Source: Pocillopora damicornis (taxonomy: Eukaryota). From it: 64,000 nucleotides of DNA. A program made the translations under genes and the position numbers. Positions 1 to 13,360 of this stretch are shown here, in pieces (position 1 is the first letter of the stretch; each line of letters starts with the position of its first letter). The notes beneath the pieces were generated by a model that was not told the DNA's origin, did not search any database, and saw nothing but the letters and a program-made list of their open reading frames with translations. The stretch lies in the NCBI RefSeq assembly GCF_003704095.1, contig NW_020845410.1, forward strand, positions 496,001-560,000. Reading direction: 5' to 3'.

Positions 1-60
1 TCTATAGCTTTGTAGTGTTCTTTGCACCCTGGTGAAAACATTATGAGAGTTGTTGAGTCA

Positions 61-480
61 AGCCCTGTTCAAAGGGTCATGATAGTTTCAACCATCATTA
101 AAACACAAACTATCATGTGCTATCATCGACTATGCTCAAATTCATCATGATAGTTGATGATAGTTTTTGCAGTTTGAATGAGCAGATGATAGTGAATGAT
201 AGTTTTTGGGTAAACAGTTTAGCCAAAACCAGGCTCAAACTGAAATGGCAAATGGTAAAATGACTAAAATAGCTGTAAAAATTTTTCAGAATGTCTCATG
301 GTTTATTCTCATCATATCATGGTAGGCTTCAGTATCTTCAACTTGCAACTTTTTGAGTAAAATTTCAAATGCCACAGAATAGTCTGACTTCAGTGCACAT
401 TGTATTTGTTTACAATAATGCAATCTCGTTGCATGATCTAGTCATCTAGCATCAACTACCATGACTGTCTGAATGGGGCT
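61..480. mobile_element. Degenerate non-autonomous DNA transposon (MITE) with imperfect terminal inverted repeats
   Basis: Left end AGCCCTGTTCAAAGGGTCATGATAGTT resembles the reverse complement of the right end (AGCCCCATTCAGACAGTCATGGTAGTT). Internal GATGATAGTT sub-repeats; no ORF. Confidence 0.55.
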
Positions 481-493
481 TTTGTGTTATTAT

Positions 494-689
494 TCCTTTC
501 ACACCAGGATCTCAATATCAATTCTCCTTTTTGTCTGGCATACATTTCCTACAATCTAGGCTCTGAGGATATGAGGTTAAATCATACTTTAAGTTTATTT
601 TTTGCCCTCTTCTCATAACGTATTTTCTTGGCTGTATATAGATATGTTTTAGGGAGAAATTATTCATTGGTTACTCTTGATTGAAAGGG
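494..689. mobile_element. Degenerate copy of the ~200-bp CCCTTT...AAAGGG MITE family
   Basis: Starts CCTTTCACACCAGGATCTC...AATTCTCC and ends GAAAGGG-TTAA; internal similarity to the copies at 37949, 46139, 51908 and 63218. Confidence 0.55.
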
Positions 690-1934
690 TTAACCCTCTA
701 GAAGAGGGCAGGAATTCTTTAGCCTCTTCAGCTTTGAGAATATCTCTAAGTGACTTGGTCAAAATAGATTCGACATTGTTGCTGACTATCTTGTTTGTAT
801 TTGTTGCAGAATAAATTTTTTCAAGAGGGATTCTGCATTTCCATTTTCTCCACATCTCTGGCAGGCTTTCATAAGCAGTCTTTCACATCAGTGCACCATA
901 CAGATATCTGCACTCAAATCTTGTTGTACCTTTGTCACTCTCAACAACATAGAACAAATAAATCTGGTATCCCTGTAGATGTATTTATATTTTAGAATAT
1001 TTAGTGGTGCTTCATGGATTAGCATTTAATATGTTTTGTACAAAAAAAATTTGTATCTCTCTGTACAGAATGATATGCATACATTTTTCCACTTTGCACT
1101 CTGTTTGGTGCATTTATTTTCTTATTTATTTATTGAAATGGTGGCCACCCAAGTTGTTTTTGTCGTTCATTTTGTAGCCAACCTATGATTTCTGTGTTTT
1201 CAACAACTTTGAAGAATGTCACTCCAAGTGATAGCCAAACCTTACCACTTATTCCAGTATTTTCCATATGCTTCAAGATGACACCAATTCCGGATGTAAA
1301 AGATGAAGCAAGTTGCAATGTGTAATTTGTTAGAAAAACTTTAAGGTAGTGACATGAAATCACTGTATACAAGCATAAGATTTGACCTTTTCAGCCTGTA
1401 GGGATTCAACTGTAAATGCATTCAGAGTGTAAATCACTAACTGGTATTTTGGATTTTTTAAAAAATGCAGTCATTTCTTCTCCATTTTGACTTCACAACT
1501 TGTTCACTTGAACTAATGCAGAGAGAAAGGCTGAGTTAGCACCCTCCTCTGTAGAAGATCAACAAATTCTCAGTTAAGAATGAATATCTTATTTATTGAT
1601 CACCTTTTAAGATAGAGAAAAAACGTTTTAGAAAGTTTTCATGAGCTGTAACTTAGTGTACATAAATTATGGAAATATTATGGTTACAGTCAAACTATTT
1701 ATTTGTGATTCTAATTACTAGTGTTGTTAATAGTTAGTTGATTACAGAAGAACTTCATCAGTCAAGAATATAAAGTAATTGGATGGTGACTGCAAACCTT
1801 ATTTAAGACTTGAATTGATGGAAGATTAATTGACTTAGAATTTATTGATTCAGAAATAAACAATCCACTTGCAACACAATAAAACTTCTCTTAAATTTTT
1901 ATTTTGTGGAAGATCCAAGATGCCTAAATGCCTT

Positions 1935-2200
1935 TGCACAGGACTTCATATCAAGAAGTGCAGGTTTGAAACTCTAATTGGAAGGGTCATTGTTCTGTTC
2001 TTGGGCAAGATACTTTATTCTCACAGTGCCTCTCTCTACACCCAGGAGTATTCATGGTTACTGCCAAAGTGTAAGCAAATACTGAGGAAATAGGAGGGGG
2101 TGGGGGGGGGGTATTTTGAGATGGACTACCCTCCCATCCATGGGGGAGAAGAAATACTTTGTTACTTTGGGTTATTGAAAGCACAAAATTCTGCTGTACT
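1935..2200 (+). mobile_element. Degenerate tRNA-derived SINE
   Basis: Contains GTTCTTGGGCAAGATACTTTATTCTCACAGTGCCTCTCTC...CCCAGGAGTA and GATGGACTACCCTCCCATCCA, recognised from memory as the central blocks of a common anthozoan SINE; B-box-like GGTTTGAAAC upstream. Confidence 0.55.
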
Positions 2201-3348
2201 TATGGACAGCTTTGGTTCGAGGGCTGATTAGTTTTAAATTTGTATTTTGCAACCAATTTCTCCTGATATCACCTCCTCTATTCCCTTTCCAAAACTGTGA
2301 ATGGCCACAGAGGTGGAACAGACAACATGATGATCCCTCCCCCTTACTATCAGCAGTATATTTAGTTCAATGACAAGTTAGCCAGGTTCATGGCAACAGG
2401 CTCAGCTTCAGATTTATTCTACTACTCTGCATTTGCTGCAGTTTGCAGCAGTTGTTTTTTGGGGGCTTTCTCATCCACCCTTTTTGTTTTTCTTTCCATT
2501 GGCAATTGTTTACAAGTGCCTGGACTAGAGGACCCTAGCCTTGTAATTCTAAGTAATAATAACCCATGTAAAGGCAAGGAGCAGTGCAATTTTCATTGAT
2601 ACTGTTTACTTTAGGTAATGGTGTAAAGCTAAGTATCACCATCAGTTACCCACTACTGAATTTTATTTGAAGTACTCTGATGATTTTTTTTTACAAGTTC
2701 TCTCTTGTCATCATTTTAGTAAAAAATTTGACCCTAATGAAATCACACACTGGTTTAAATGTCACCATTAGGCGATATACTATTGTTACTTACAGTATCA
2801 TTATACACAGATTTGTACATTAATACAATTCAATTCAAAAAAACTTTTCCCTCTAGCCTAAAAAGAAAAAAATTGATTACAAAAAAGAAAAGGTTCTACT
2901 GCTATTTTGAAGCATCTTTTAAATCTTTGTGTTGAGTATAACATCTAAATACTCCAGATAACAGCTTCAAAATTACTCAACTACTGAAACTTCACACAAT
3001 AGTGAACATTTTACTTCATAATGAAACCTTGTATAACAGGAATCAACCACTACTGTGTGGTACAGCTGTTAAATGAGAATTCCACAACATACATGTAGTT
3101 TCCCAGGCCAGAAAGTATGTAATTTGCATGAAGGTCATGTTGTTTACAATCATGCACACCAAATTTGTAGACCACACATGCATAATTATTATCTTAGGTT
3201 AACTAAAGTTATATGCCACACTTCAGCAATTTAAAGAGCTGATCACCTACTAATCATTTGATTATTATTATTCTATAAATAAATTATTTTGCTGTTTAGC
3301 AGCTGAAAGCTAAAGCTGTAAAAAGCTAGAAATTCACTCAATTACAAT

Positions 3349-6300
3349 TCAACTTTCTGCTAAAGGAGGTGTCATCTCCAGGCTTGCTGCAAGTCGTGTG
3401 CTGAGAGCATTAATCTCCTCAGCTTTGTAAGCAAGCTCTTGCTGCAATTCAGTTAGCTCTTTTACACGTGTTTCATTCAAAGCTGTCTCATTCAAGCGTG
3501 AGCTCATCTCTGCTGTTTTTAACTGCAGTCTTTCATTATCAAGCTGCACTGTCTAAAAGAGAAAAAAACAAGTTATTTAGAAATGAATGCTCTTGACTCA
3601 AAGATGAAATATAAGGATTCAATTTTGGAGGCCTCCTGGTGTGCAACTGCCCCAGCTTCCAATTGCCACATGGAACAATAAAATCTACTTGCTACTGAAC
3701 ATATAGCTGGGATACTCTGCCACTAATAGCTTGCAATTAGTCCCCTGTTTGGGTCACCTTCACCCCTAAGGATGACTAGTATCTAATTTCTCTCCAAGTT
3801 ATCACTACTAAATTGAACATAAGGCTCATCAGAATTGTTAGGAAATGGTCGCAAACTTGAAAAGCTCTTGATCTCTCACAAAATTCTAATTTTCAGTGCC
3901 ATTGGGAAAGGATGAAGAACAGAATGGATAATAAACATGCTGGCGTTAAAGTTAAGATTGAAAATGAAACGTCTCAGATGGAAGAAAAGTGTGTGAGGAG
4001 GTTGAGCCATGAGCTGATTGAGGATTAAGGTGTGAGTAGCTCATCACATGCTACACATCATTTCATCCAGGGAGTAGTCCATTTCATTGATTTCATAACC
4101 AACCTGGTTCTGGTTTGTGAGTTCTGCATTTGCTTGTCTCAGAGAGGTGATTTCCTGCAGAGTAAAGAAACAAAATTGGTATAAATAGCCTTGTTGAACT
4201 GCAAAAGGTCACTTCATGGTTAGGTTTGACAGAAACAGAACATGCTTCATTGTACTACATCTGGATAACCATGCTTGAGTAAACAGGCAGCATGCTGTAT
4301 TCTGACAACATGCAGCGTCTTGCTTCTCTCACCTCGTCCTTCTGTCTGATCATGCTCTCAAGTTGAATCACACGGCCATCCAGGGTGAGTTTCTCTTGTG
4401 TCAGGGAATTATATTTCTCACTTACTTGGTCAGAAGATTCTAATTCATGGACCTTTCAAAAAAGGAAATACATGTGAGCTAGCACTTAAAAATGTCTCAG
4501 CTATTAGACATCAAGTTATATAAGTTTTCTTGTGAGAATATGGAAAATATACTGATAAAAATACCTCAATAGTGATATCTGCACTATATTAGTTAATAAT
4601 TAATAATAATAAAACTTAAATTAAAATTTCTTTCTATTTCATAAAAAAACAACAATAGAAACAACTCTGATACTTGGTAAATCACTTAGGACTAAACTGT
4701 ACATTTAAGTCCAAGATAGATGATGCTGAAACCTGAGACATAAAACAGACATTGTTATCACTTTGCTGGTCAGTGGAGCATTTTATAGCCTAAAATATAG
4801 ATTTTGGCTGACTAAAATGAATTTTAGCCCCCTTGCATGCATGGGCATCATTGTTCAGACTGTTTTGTTGTCATTTTTTTTCAGTTCTTATTTCCTTGAA
4901 GCCCTCTCAAGTGATAATTATAGTAGTAATGCAGTTTACACTCTTCTTGGGCTCTTCTCAGGATCACCTCGCAGCTCAGGCTAAAATGACTCTGATTCCG
5001 GCCCAAACCATATTTGTGCCCACGAAGTTTTGTCAGAAAAAATTGATAACATGAAAACTTAAAATGTTCTTAACATATTTTGAATAGCTCACCTTTTTCC
5101 TGAGTTTACCATTTTCTTCCTTGTAGGCATTCAGCTGCTTTTTCCACTCTTCAACATTAGTTGTGCTTTCCTGAAGTGCTGCTGTTAACCTTGCATTGTT
5201 ATTCTTCAATGTTGTCAGCTCTGTCTCCCATTTTTTAGCATTGGTTGAACTGCAGTAATATTTGTGGAGTTAGATTCATACACAGACAACCAGACTCCTT
5301 CATCAGAGCAATAAATGTGTTGCATAAAAAGGTTGTTTGTTTCACTTGATCAAAGTTTTGAAGTTTGATGGTGACCAAAATTTATAAATTTTTACTGTTC
5401 AGTTTTCATGTTACACTGCATTAAGTGTGTGAAAAATGCCCAACTTTCATTTCACCTACCTCTGAGCAAGGGCCATCTTCAATCTATCATTTTCATATTT
5501 CAATTGAGATTCGGTATTTCCAATCAGTTTATGACTGATCCCAGATGATTCTTTTGATTCATCCTAAAATGTAAAAACGTTTAAGATCATCTAAATCAAC
5601 TCAGCTGGACAAGAATGCTCTGTCATTACTTACAAGTTTACCTGGCCACAATGAACAACTTATCATATCTAGCAAGGGAAAGTTTTGTTTTCAACTTTAC
5701 AGGAAGCAAGATAAAGCTACATGTATACATAAGAACTTATTTTATATGGTGTACTTAGATCATTTCTGGGCACAAACAGAACAAACTTGAAAAGGCGACT
5801 AAATATGTAACATATCCACTATCCAAGAAAGTTAGACCTCTGTAAACTTCTGGCAAAATTTAGCAAGCACTTTGACATGCACCTCCAATCAAAAATTGAC
5901 TATACATCAAAATGAATAGAAAAGGAATCCTTTGACAAAACTTTCAGTAATACAAACTATGCCTTACTCAAATGGCTTCAATGTATCTTTCATGAAAACA
6001 ACCAAAATTTGCACAGTCATGCATCCTGCTTGGTGTATTAAAAAAGTGAGGAACGTAATTTAGAATTTGTAAATGTACCTTTACAGGAATATTCAGCTTC
6101 AATGATGCTGGCAAAGATACTTTTCTTTTAACAAACTTTTCCATTTTGTTCTTTCTCAATTGAACAGATGCATTAGGTAAGTTGAAGTGATTCAGAAAAA
6201 AAACCCGTATTTAAGATATGTGGCTTGCATGATGATATAGCTACTGAAATTTTTTATTATTTTTAGTAGTCTTGCAAAGGATCCATACAAAGCCTTTTGT

Positions 6301-9300
6301 TAAATCACCTATTATAACCAGTCATCTGTCAAAAATGACAACAATTACTGGCCTGCTGTTATTTACACAATATTGATATCAGAACATATACAAAGGTGTA
6401 TAAACCAACAGTTTTAACATACAGCTTATAAACTCTTAAAGTTTAGCACAGAAGTGTTACCCACAACAATCATGACTCGATCAGTAATAAGCTTAAATTT
6501 GTCTTTTTAAAATTATTATAATCTCTCATGACTTTTTTTAAACATATGCAGTGAAATCATGTTAAAGACTCAAGTAATTTATTAACAAAAATTTGCCACA
6601 TTGTATTTTTAAGTGAAAATAGTCACTGGTTTTATTATTACAACTGAGGGGGGTAAGCAAAGTTTTGCACTTGATATTAGCTTGGAGTCCAAGTAAGTAA
6701 ACTTTATTGTAAAAATATGGTTGTTATTCTAACAAAAATATGTCAAAACAATGACAGGTTAATAATTCATAAAACGTTATAGTAGTCAAAATGCTTTGAA
6801 GAATCACACTTAAATGAAAACAGCTTTCAGATCTTCTGTTTAGTAGTTTTCATTAGCACTTTGATGTTAATTAAGAAAACAGTCATTCAACCATGACTTT
6901 TAATCTGGCCAATATTTGATTCATTGGATGATAAAGTAAATCTCTGATTGAAAAGGATTCAGCTCCCTCAAAAGAAATGTTCAAAAATTCTATATCTGTA
7001 AGCAACCATCAACCTGCATTTGCAAGATAAAGAAAGTTCTTTAACATCTAAAACAGGTAAGAACCTTTTAAAAAGCACAAACAAGCCCTCCAGGTTAAAA
7101 AACAAAGAGATCACATCAGAATAGCACAAAAAATTGAATAAATCATTACATCTTAAAATATATTAACATTCAAATTTTAACATTGATGGAATCCCCTTTT
7201 AAAACTCTGGAATTCTCAATTCTTCAAGCACTCAAAAACAATTCAATCCTGGTGCCCAAAATTTGATTCAAGCTGTGCATACAATGGCCAACTTCTTACA
7301 GAAAGCATACAATTTAAAGCAGATTAACATACCAGTGTTTTTAGACATAACCTGAAAGTCACAAAAGAAGCCTAGGTGATTTAGATACTGCTGATCAGAA
7401 ATTAATCTCATTTTTCCATTATTTAAGTATCATTTAAATCAGTTTTCAAACAATGGGACATCAAAGAAAAATTGCTATTATCAAATTTCAGGACCCTTAA
7501 TACAAATTTGGCAATGAGTTCATGGCAAACTTAACAAAAGGAAAAGGAGTGAATTTGGAATTCTTTTTGGTTAAAAGTTTCTGTAACCCCACATATTTTT
7601 GCCAGATTATCTGATCACTATTTGGCAAGATTGATAAATATATTACAAACAGAAGCTTTCTGATAAAAATATTATCCAAAAAATTAAATTGAAGGGCATC
7701 TTTTAAGTTACAGTGACCACCTAGCAAGGAGGCAAATGGTTTACCAACAAGGTGAATTATGCCTAAAAATAATACATTACATATAAATTTTACAGAAAAG
7801 AAGGGTAAAGAGAGATTAAAAGTTTTTTTTTTTTAAATTTGTAATGCACAAAATACTATTTAAAGTAGATGTGATGTGCGAATGTTCCAAAAATTTGGAT
7901 GTGAAATGGGTTCAAGATCCTGCTTTGCTGCCTCTTCTAACACAAAAATATTTGTACCTACCTCACCACTGCTCGCAGATGAGTTACTTTTTAGTGATGG
8001 AGATTTGTGACCAGCGCCAGGTGTACTGTGAGGGGACTCAGTTGTTCCATTTACTGATCCACTTGAAGTGCCATTAGTAGTAACGGCGTTAACAGGTGCT
8101 GCAGGAGAATTGGAGTTTCCACTGTTGTTGCTCACAACTGTTTTTGTGCCACCCTTAGCTTCTTTAAACTTCTCTGCAAACTAATTGTTACAAAAGGTAA
8201 AAGTTAAGACTTAATATGAGAGCTGCAGCTGAAAGCTTTAATGAACAGTATTACAGCCCTTTGCTTCAAAGCATGATTGGGCAATCTATAGTCAGAGTTT
8301 AAACTTTCATTCCTGACTTCATTCAGTTTGTTGAATGACTTGGTACCCCCATGGTTCCAATACGGGACTTTTCACTCCTAGGAGTGATCACTAAGAAATT
8401 TCTCCTTACAATCACTGCATGTTGTCAAGAGTAAAAGAGATGAGAAGAAAGAAAACTGACTGCAATAAAATACCATCCTGCACAGAAGTAATAGCTTTAT
8501 TCCAAGCCACTTCTTGCTAAAGAAACCAGAAAAAGATTCAGAACTTCTGCAGCATTGTATGCCGAGTTGACCTTCCAAAGTGGCAGTTGTGAAAACTCAA
8601 ACACATATAATAGTAAATTACACTATGGCTTTTACTTAGAAATCTAAAGCCAAAAAAAATGGGAAGCAGACTTAGTTTCCCTAACCTTGTTGAGTTCAGC
8701 TTCTGATGGAAATCCTAATCCAAACACAGTGTTTGCCCTGGGATCTGACCACTGACCAAACTTCTGTGATGTCTTAGTAAATGTCATGTTTGCTAATACA
8801 GTACTGTTGATAATTGCCTGAAAAGGAATAACAAAAACCTTTTATTATCTTGGCACACCAAAGTAAAACCTGAAACAGAATATTGATACTCTATGTCACA
8901 TACAAATCTACTTTCCTATAAAATCTCCCTGAATTCTCTCACCAGGAAGGAACATTTGATAAAATTTGCCTTTGATGGGTTACGACATGACACATAACCT
9001 TTCTTCAAGAAATTCATCAGTTTGAGCATTTGGAAGAAAAATATATAATAAGGTAGTTAAAGGTGCTTAAATTAGGATCATAACACCTGTGAGGTTTGGG
9101 AGGGGGGCCTATCATGTATTTGTGTCCTATGGGTTGAGGAGGTGGAAATTTTCCTCGTTTGTTTTTACTTGAAGATATGTATAAAAATATCCATTGAAAC
9201 TAAATCTAGCCAGGTTGTCATGACACACAAACATTTTCAAATGAGCCCTCAGGTTATGCTATTTGGAGTGTCATGTGAGTAAATTTCATCAACTATCACA

Positions 9301-10644
9301 CGAAAAAATACCAAATAAATCATTACTTCAAAGGAGACAGTTTGATTCAGTTTCCAGTTTCCAGTAATGACCAAAAGCAGCTCAATCAATACAGTATTCA
9401 CACATTCATAGTTGAAAACATATTTGACTTCAATTTTGTTAACATCATAAAAGTGCAAAAACGATGACAATTTACAAATAACTGGCTTCATCGTTATCCT
9501 CGTCAAACATTAATTTACAAATTTGAGTTCACATGGAACGTTGTACCTTGTAAAATCAATACGCACATACATTAAAAATAACCAAAAAGTCCATTGTGAA
9601 GTAAATTAGTGGAAAAAAAATGAAGCCTAACGCACAATTAATTTTAAAGCAATAAGCTCAACTTTTCGTTTCCGTTTTTTAAAAATTTTCAATTCAAAAT
9701 CGTGAAACCGTAACGTAATAAAATGTTTACATGCCGAATTTTATTGTTCCATTCATCATCAAGGCTTCAAATGAGTTGATAAATTACCTTAACTCCCAAT
9801 TTTTAATTACGCTGTTTTCTCAAACGGAGAGATGAGAGAAAAATTTATGCAAGCATTAATTCATAGACACACGACGTCTACATGCAAAATAGGCAAAAAA
9901 AAAAAACAAACTAGCCTTTGACAAGGCTTCTTGTTACGCATTACATTTGCTGCACTTCAGGAATGCATAAAATTTATTTCCTTGTCGAGTGATTACACTA
10001 AATTTACAAGATTACAACTTCAAAAAGCTACTCCAAAGCGCTTGTTGACTAGCAATCAAAACTTCTGTATTTTTTCTGAAAATATATAGTTTCAGTCGGG
10101 AGACAATTAATTGTGGGACACTTCAGTTCTGGCTAGTTGCCATATTGTTCGAAGCGACTAAACTGACTTCCTTCATAACAGGAAAATACAACAAAACTTC
10201 AACCAAAGAAACTTCCTTTGTGAAAACTTCGCACCAAACAGTCTCCAGCAATAATTGTCCATGATTAGTGAACAAGAAATGACTGGGATTAACAAGATAT
10301 CACAACGCAGTTGTTTCTAAGAATAGCGAATAAATAAAGATTCACTTGATAAACACAAGGCGACCTATCTCGCGAGAAACGCTATTTTCTCACCTTCGCG
10401 CCATCAACAGAAATGATTCGGTGTGTTCCTTGGTTAGGATCATAGTAAAATGATACAGTTACCGCCTGCTTGGAACACGGTAGCCAGCTCTTTTTCGTTG
10501 CAGGATCAATCTGGAATACATGGGCCCGTGTCGAAAATACCGGTTGCTCCCTGAGGAGGAAATACATCGATACGAAATCAAAATATACTCCCGTTTAAAT
10601 TATGACCACTTTCTGAAGTAAAAAAAAAGACCAGTTTACCCCAT
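3349..10644 (-). CDS. HOMER: Homer (N-terminal class II EVH1 domain, C-terminal coiled coil), 382 aa, 9 coding exons
   Basis: Exons 10640-10644 (ATGGG), 10394-10550, 8686-8817, 7962-8180, 5460-5563, 5093-5249, 4333-4452, 4104-4154, 3349-3552. All introns GT-AG; total 1149 nt in frame. Translation [24 protein letters not shown]...[24 protein letters not shown]...[26 protein letters not shown] is diagnostic of Homer. Confidence 0.96.
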
Positions 10645-10742
10645 GGATAAATAAGCTATTTTCTCGCGGCAATATCCTATCGAAGCTCAGTTTACTGCAA
10701 GATGTTCTTCATATTCATGTCAACTGATCTTATTCACACTCT

Positions 10743-10755
10743 GTGTCTAGGTAAC
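10743..10755. promoter_or_regulatory. RFX X-box-like element upstream of the proximal Homer start
   Basis: GTGTCTAGGTAAC about 100 bp upstream of the ATG at 10644, followed by a second half-site AGCAAC. Confidence 0.35.
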
Positions 10756-12414
10756 CGCGCCAGCAACTTGGATTCCACTTTAACGGATGTTTATAAATTT
10801 AGGAGTTTCGAAATATTTTAGGAAAAGGACATCAACTTAGCAAAATCAAAAAGAAAATATGCAAATTTAACTAACTTCTAAACTCCCTGCTTTTAATTTT
10901 TCTCATAAAAGCGAAAATTTTTTTATTACAAATGCAAAAGATTTAACCTGTGATAATATTTATTTTTCCAACTTTGCAGCCAAATTTTATATTATTTATA
11001 TTGTGTGTAAGCAAAGGAACAAAACACAAAAGCTTTGTAAGAAGACCGACAACAAGTCAGAGATAAAAAATAGCCTCACACGAGAAAAATGACGAAGTTA
11101 TTCCTAATAAAAATGAGTGCTTTCCTCTCTTTTTTCGCAGCTCTTGGTCATAAAATATGATTTTCTCGAAATTCACACGAGGGAAGGAAATTACTCGTTG
11201 ATATATATTGGAATTAGTTTCAACATTTTTCAATCAATGTCTGTCAGGAGAACACTATAGAAAAGGAAATAAAGAACTTATGACCATTGAAAATAGACGA
11301 GAATAGAAAATGATTTTTTAAAAATGATAAAATTCCCGATTTAGTTTTATATAACGTAGCCAAGATTTTTTTGGTTTCGACAGTATATTTATCTACTGTG
11401 ATATTTTTGACAACCTTAATGGCAACACGCAAATATTGCAAAGGCACTGAGAGAGATAATTTAATCTTTACGCTACTATTGTGACCTCCAGCGCTGAAAA
11501 CACTTAATACTTTTTACGTCATTCAACTCGAGTTGTAGATGTCATTATACAAAACTCTGAGCTAATATCTGTGACCAGAAGACCAGTGTTTCTCCTTTTG
11601 AGCTAGTGTCTATAACTAGGAGACTTGTGCTTATCGAATTTGAAGCGTACCTTCGACTGAAAATTGAAGAAAATTCTTGAATTATCAATCGAGTTGAGCT
11701 GATTAATGGTAGAGCTGAGAACTTATTTTAAGGCGGCACGGAATTCTTTTGAATTTATAATCATTTTAATCGTTCCCTAATCAATCCGTATTTATCTGAG
11801 GATCAATTATACTTATCAAATATAATATTCAGATCGGTATCTCTACGAATTAAGTAATGCGATCTCAACCGCTGCATGTTTAAAGCTATATTTTAAAAAC
11901 AAGGCTATTTTGAGTTTTGACTGAAGTTCGCAGAAACTGCAAGTACCCAACCTAACTCAAAAATAGTACACTTGCACAATTCTAAGGCTAAACTAGCTGT
12001 GTTGCCCGGCAGTCAACCAAGCGGTTGAGAAAGTGTGGAGTACTTCATTTTTATGACTGAACATTATGCAAAATTGGTAATTTAAACAAATAGAAAAACT
12101 TTGAGTTGAGCGTCTGTGTGCAATTTAAAATGGAAATCAATCTGGCTCAACCCCAATCTTTTCTGTTCAGCAAAATAACAGTTCTCCAATAACGCAGCCT
12201 GTTTAACCAAAACAAATCGTAAAGACGTGACCTCAACCATGTATACAGTCGAAAGAAACATTTTACCGTCGATAGAAAGGTGCAAGTTTGCAAGTATGTG
12301 AATTTAACTGACCGGTGCCAAAAAAGCAAACAAAAACTGCTGGAACTCATCGTAAAATACCAAAATTTAGTGGGTAATCCCACCAAACAGGACAAAAACT
12401 TATCTAGTTCTTAC

Positions 12415-12548
12415 TCTGGTCTTGGAAGATTGTGCTGGAAGTCCATGGCTGCCCCATTCAAATCCGTGAATTGGCTGGGAGGGTCGAACACGATTTCCAA
12501 CGGCTCCTTGTGCGAAAGACTCAAACGCGAGCGAACTTGTTTAAACAT
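12415..12548 (-). CDS. HOMER: Putative alternative first coding exon of Homer (44-aa N-terminal extension containing PPSQF)
   Basis: CAAAATG start; 134-nt open frame MFKQVRSRLSLSHKEPLEIVFDPPSQFTDLNGAAMDFQHNLPRP; donor GA|GTAAG in phase 2, the same phase as the canonical ATGGG| exon, so it joins exon 2 (10550) in frame. Confidence 0.65.
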
Positions 12549-13360
12549 TTTGACGTTTTGGCCGGCTTTTTTGTGTAATTCAGATTACTGACGGCGTTCA
12601 AAGCAAACAGTCTTTTTGTATTTGTTTCCTTAAACTGAAATTTTTGTCAATCAATCTCTAATGAGAGTAAATGATACTCTTGTGAGCTTGAGTCAGCTAA
12701 TGCTGTTGTTTAGGAGTTGAAAAAGTTTCGGGCAACTTTTCTCAAATTTTTCAAGCGTCGTCAAGCGACATACCTATCATTATAACTCACTTAGCTCTCT
12801 GTTAAGCATATAAACAACTCAGACGTGCGTTAAACAGTGCATGAAACGGAAGGGTCATTGAGCTGCTGGAATTCTTTTGTTAGATGAATAAAAGAGATTT
12901 CGCAATTCATTCGTTTAATTACCATAACACAAAAAGACTTATCAACAACTCTTTCAATATCAGAAAACAACCCCTAGACGAAGCAGTTCAGGTTTGCATG
13001 CTCGAAAGCTTTCATCTGCCGACGTGTTTAGTGATACAGATAACACGCATTTTTACAGATTATTGCGTCAGGGCATAATTTTCTGTTAATTTCTAATTTT
13101 GTTTTTCTCTAAGCCTGGAAGGAAGTTAGGTAATGGCTTTGGATTTCCTAAGCGACTACCCGCTGGTCAAAAGCCCCGCAGAAACTTTGTCTTCCGTGTT
13201 TTGTTGCTCATGATAAAAAACATTAGTCACAAAAAATGAGAAAAACTGCTTTAGTTTTCTGCTAAAGTTTTTCAGTGTGCAATAAATGCCGTATCAACAT
13301 CCGTTGAAAGTAGAAAATGTTAAAGGGACCCAAACCGTTTCAGACCTCTCTCGTGCATAG

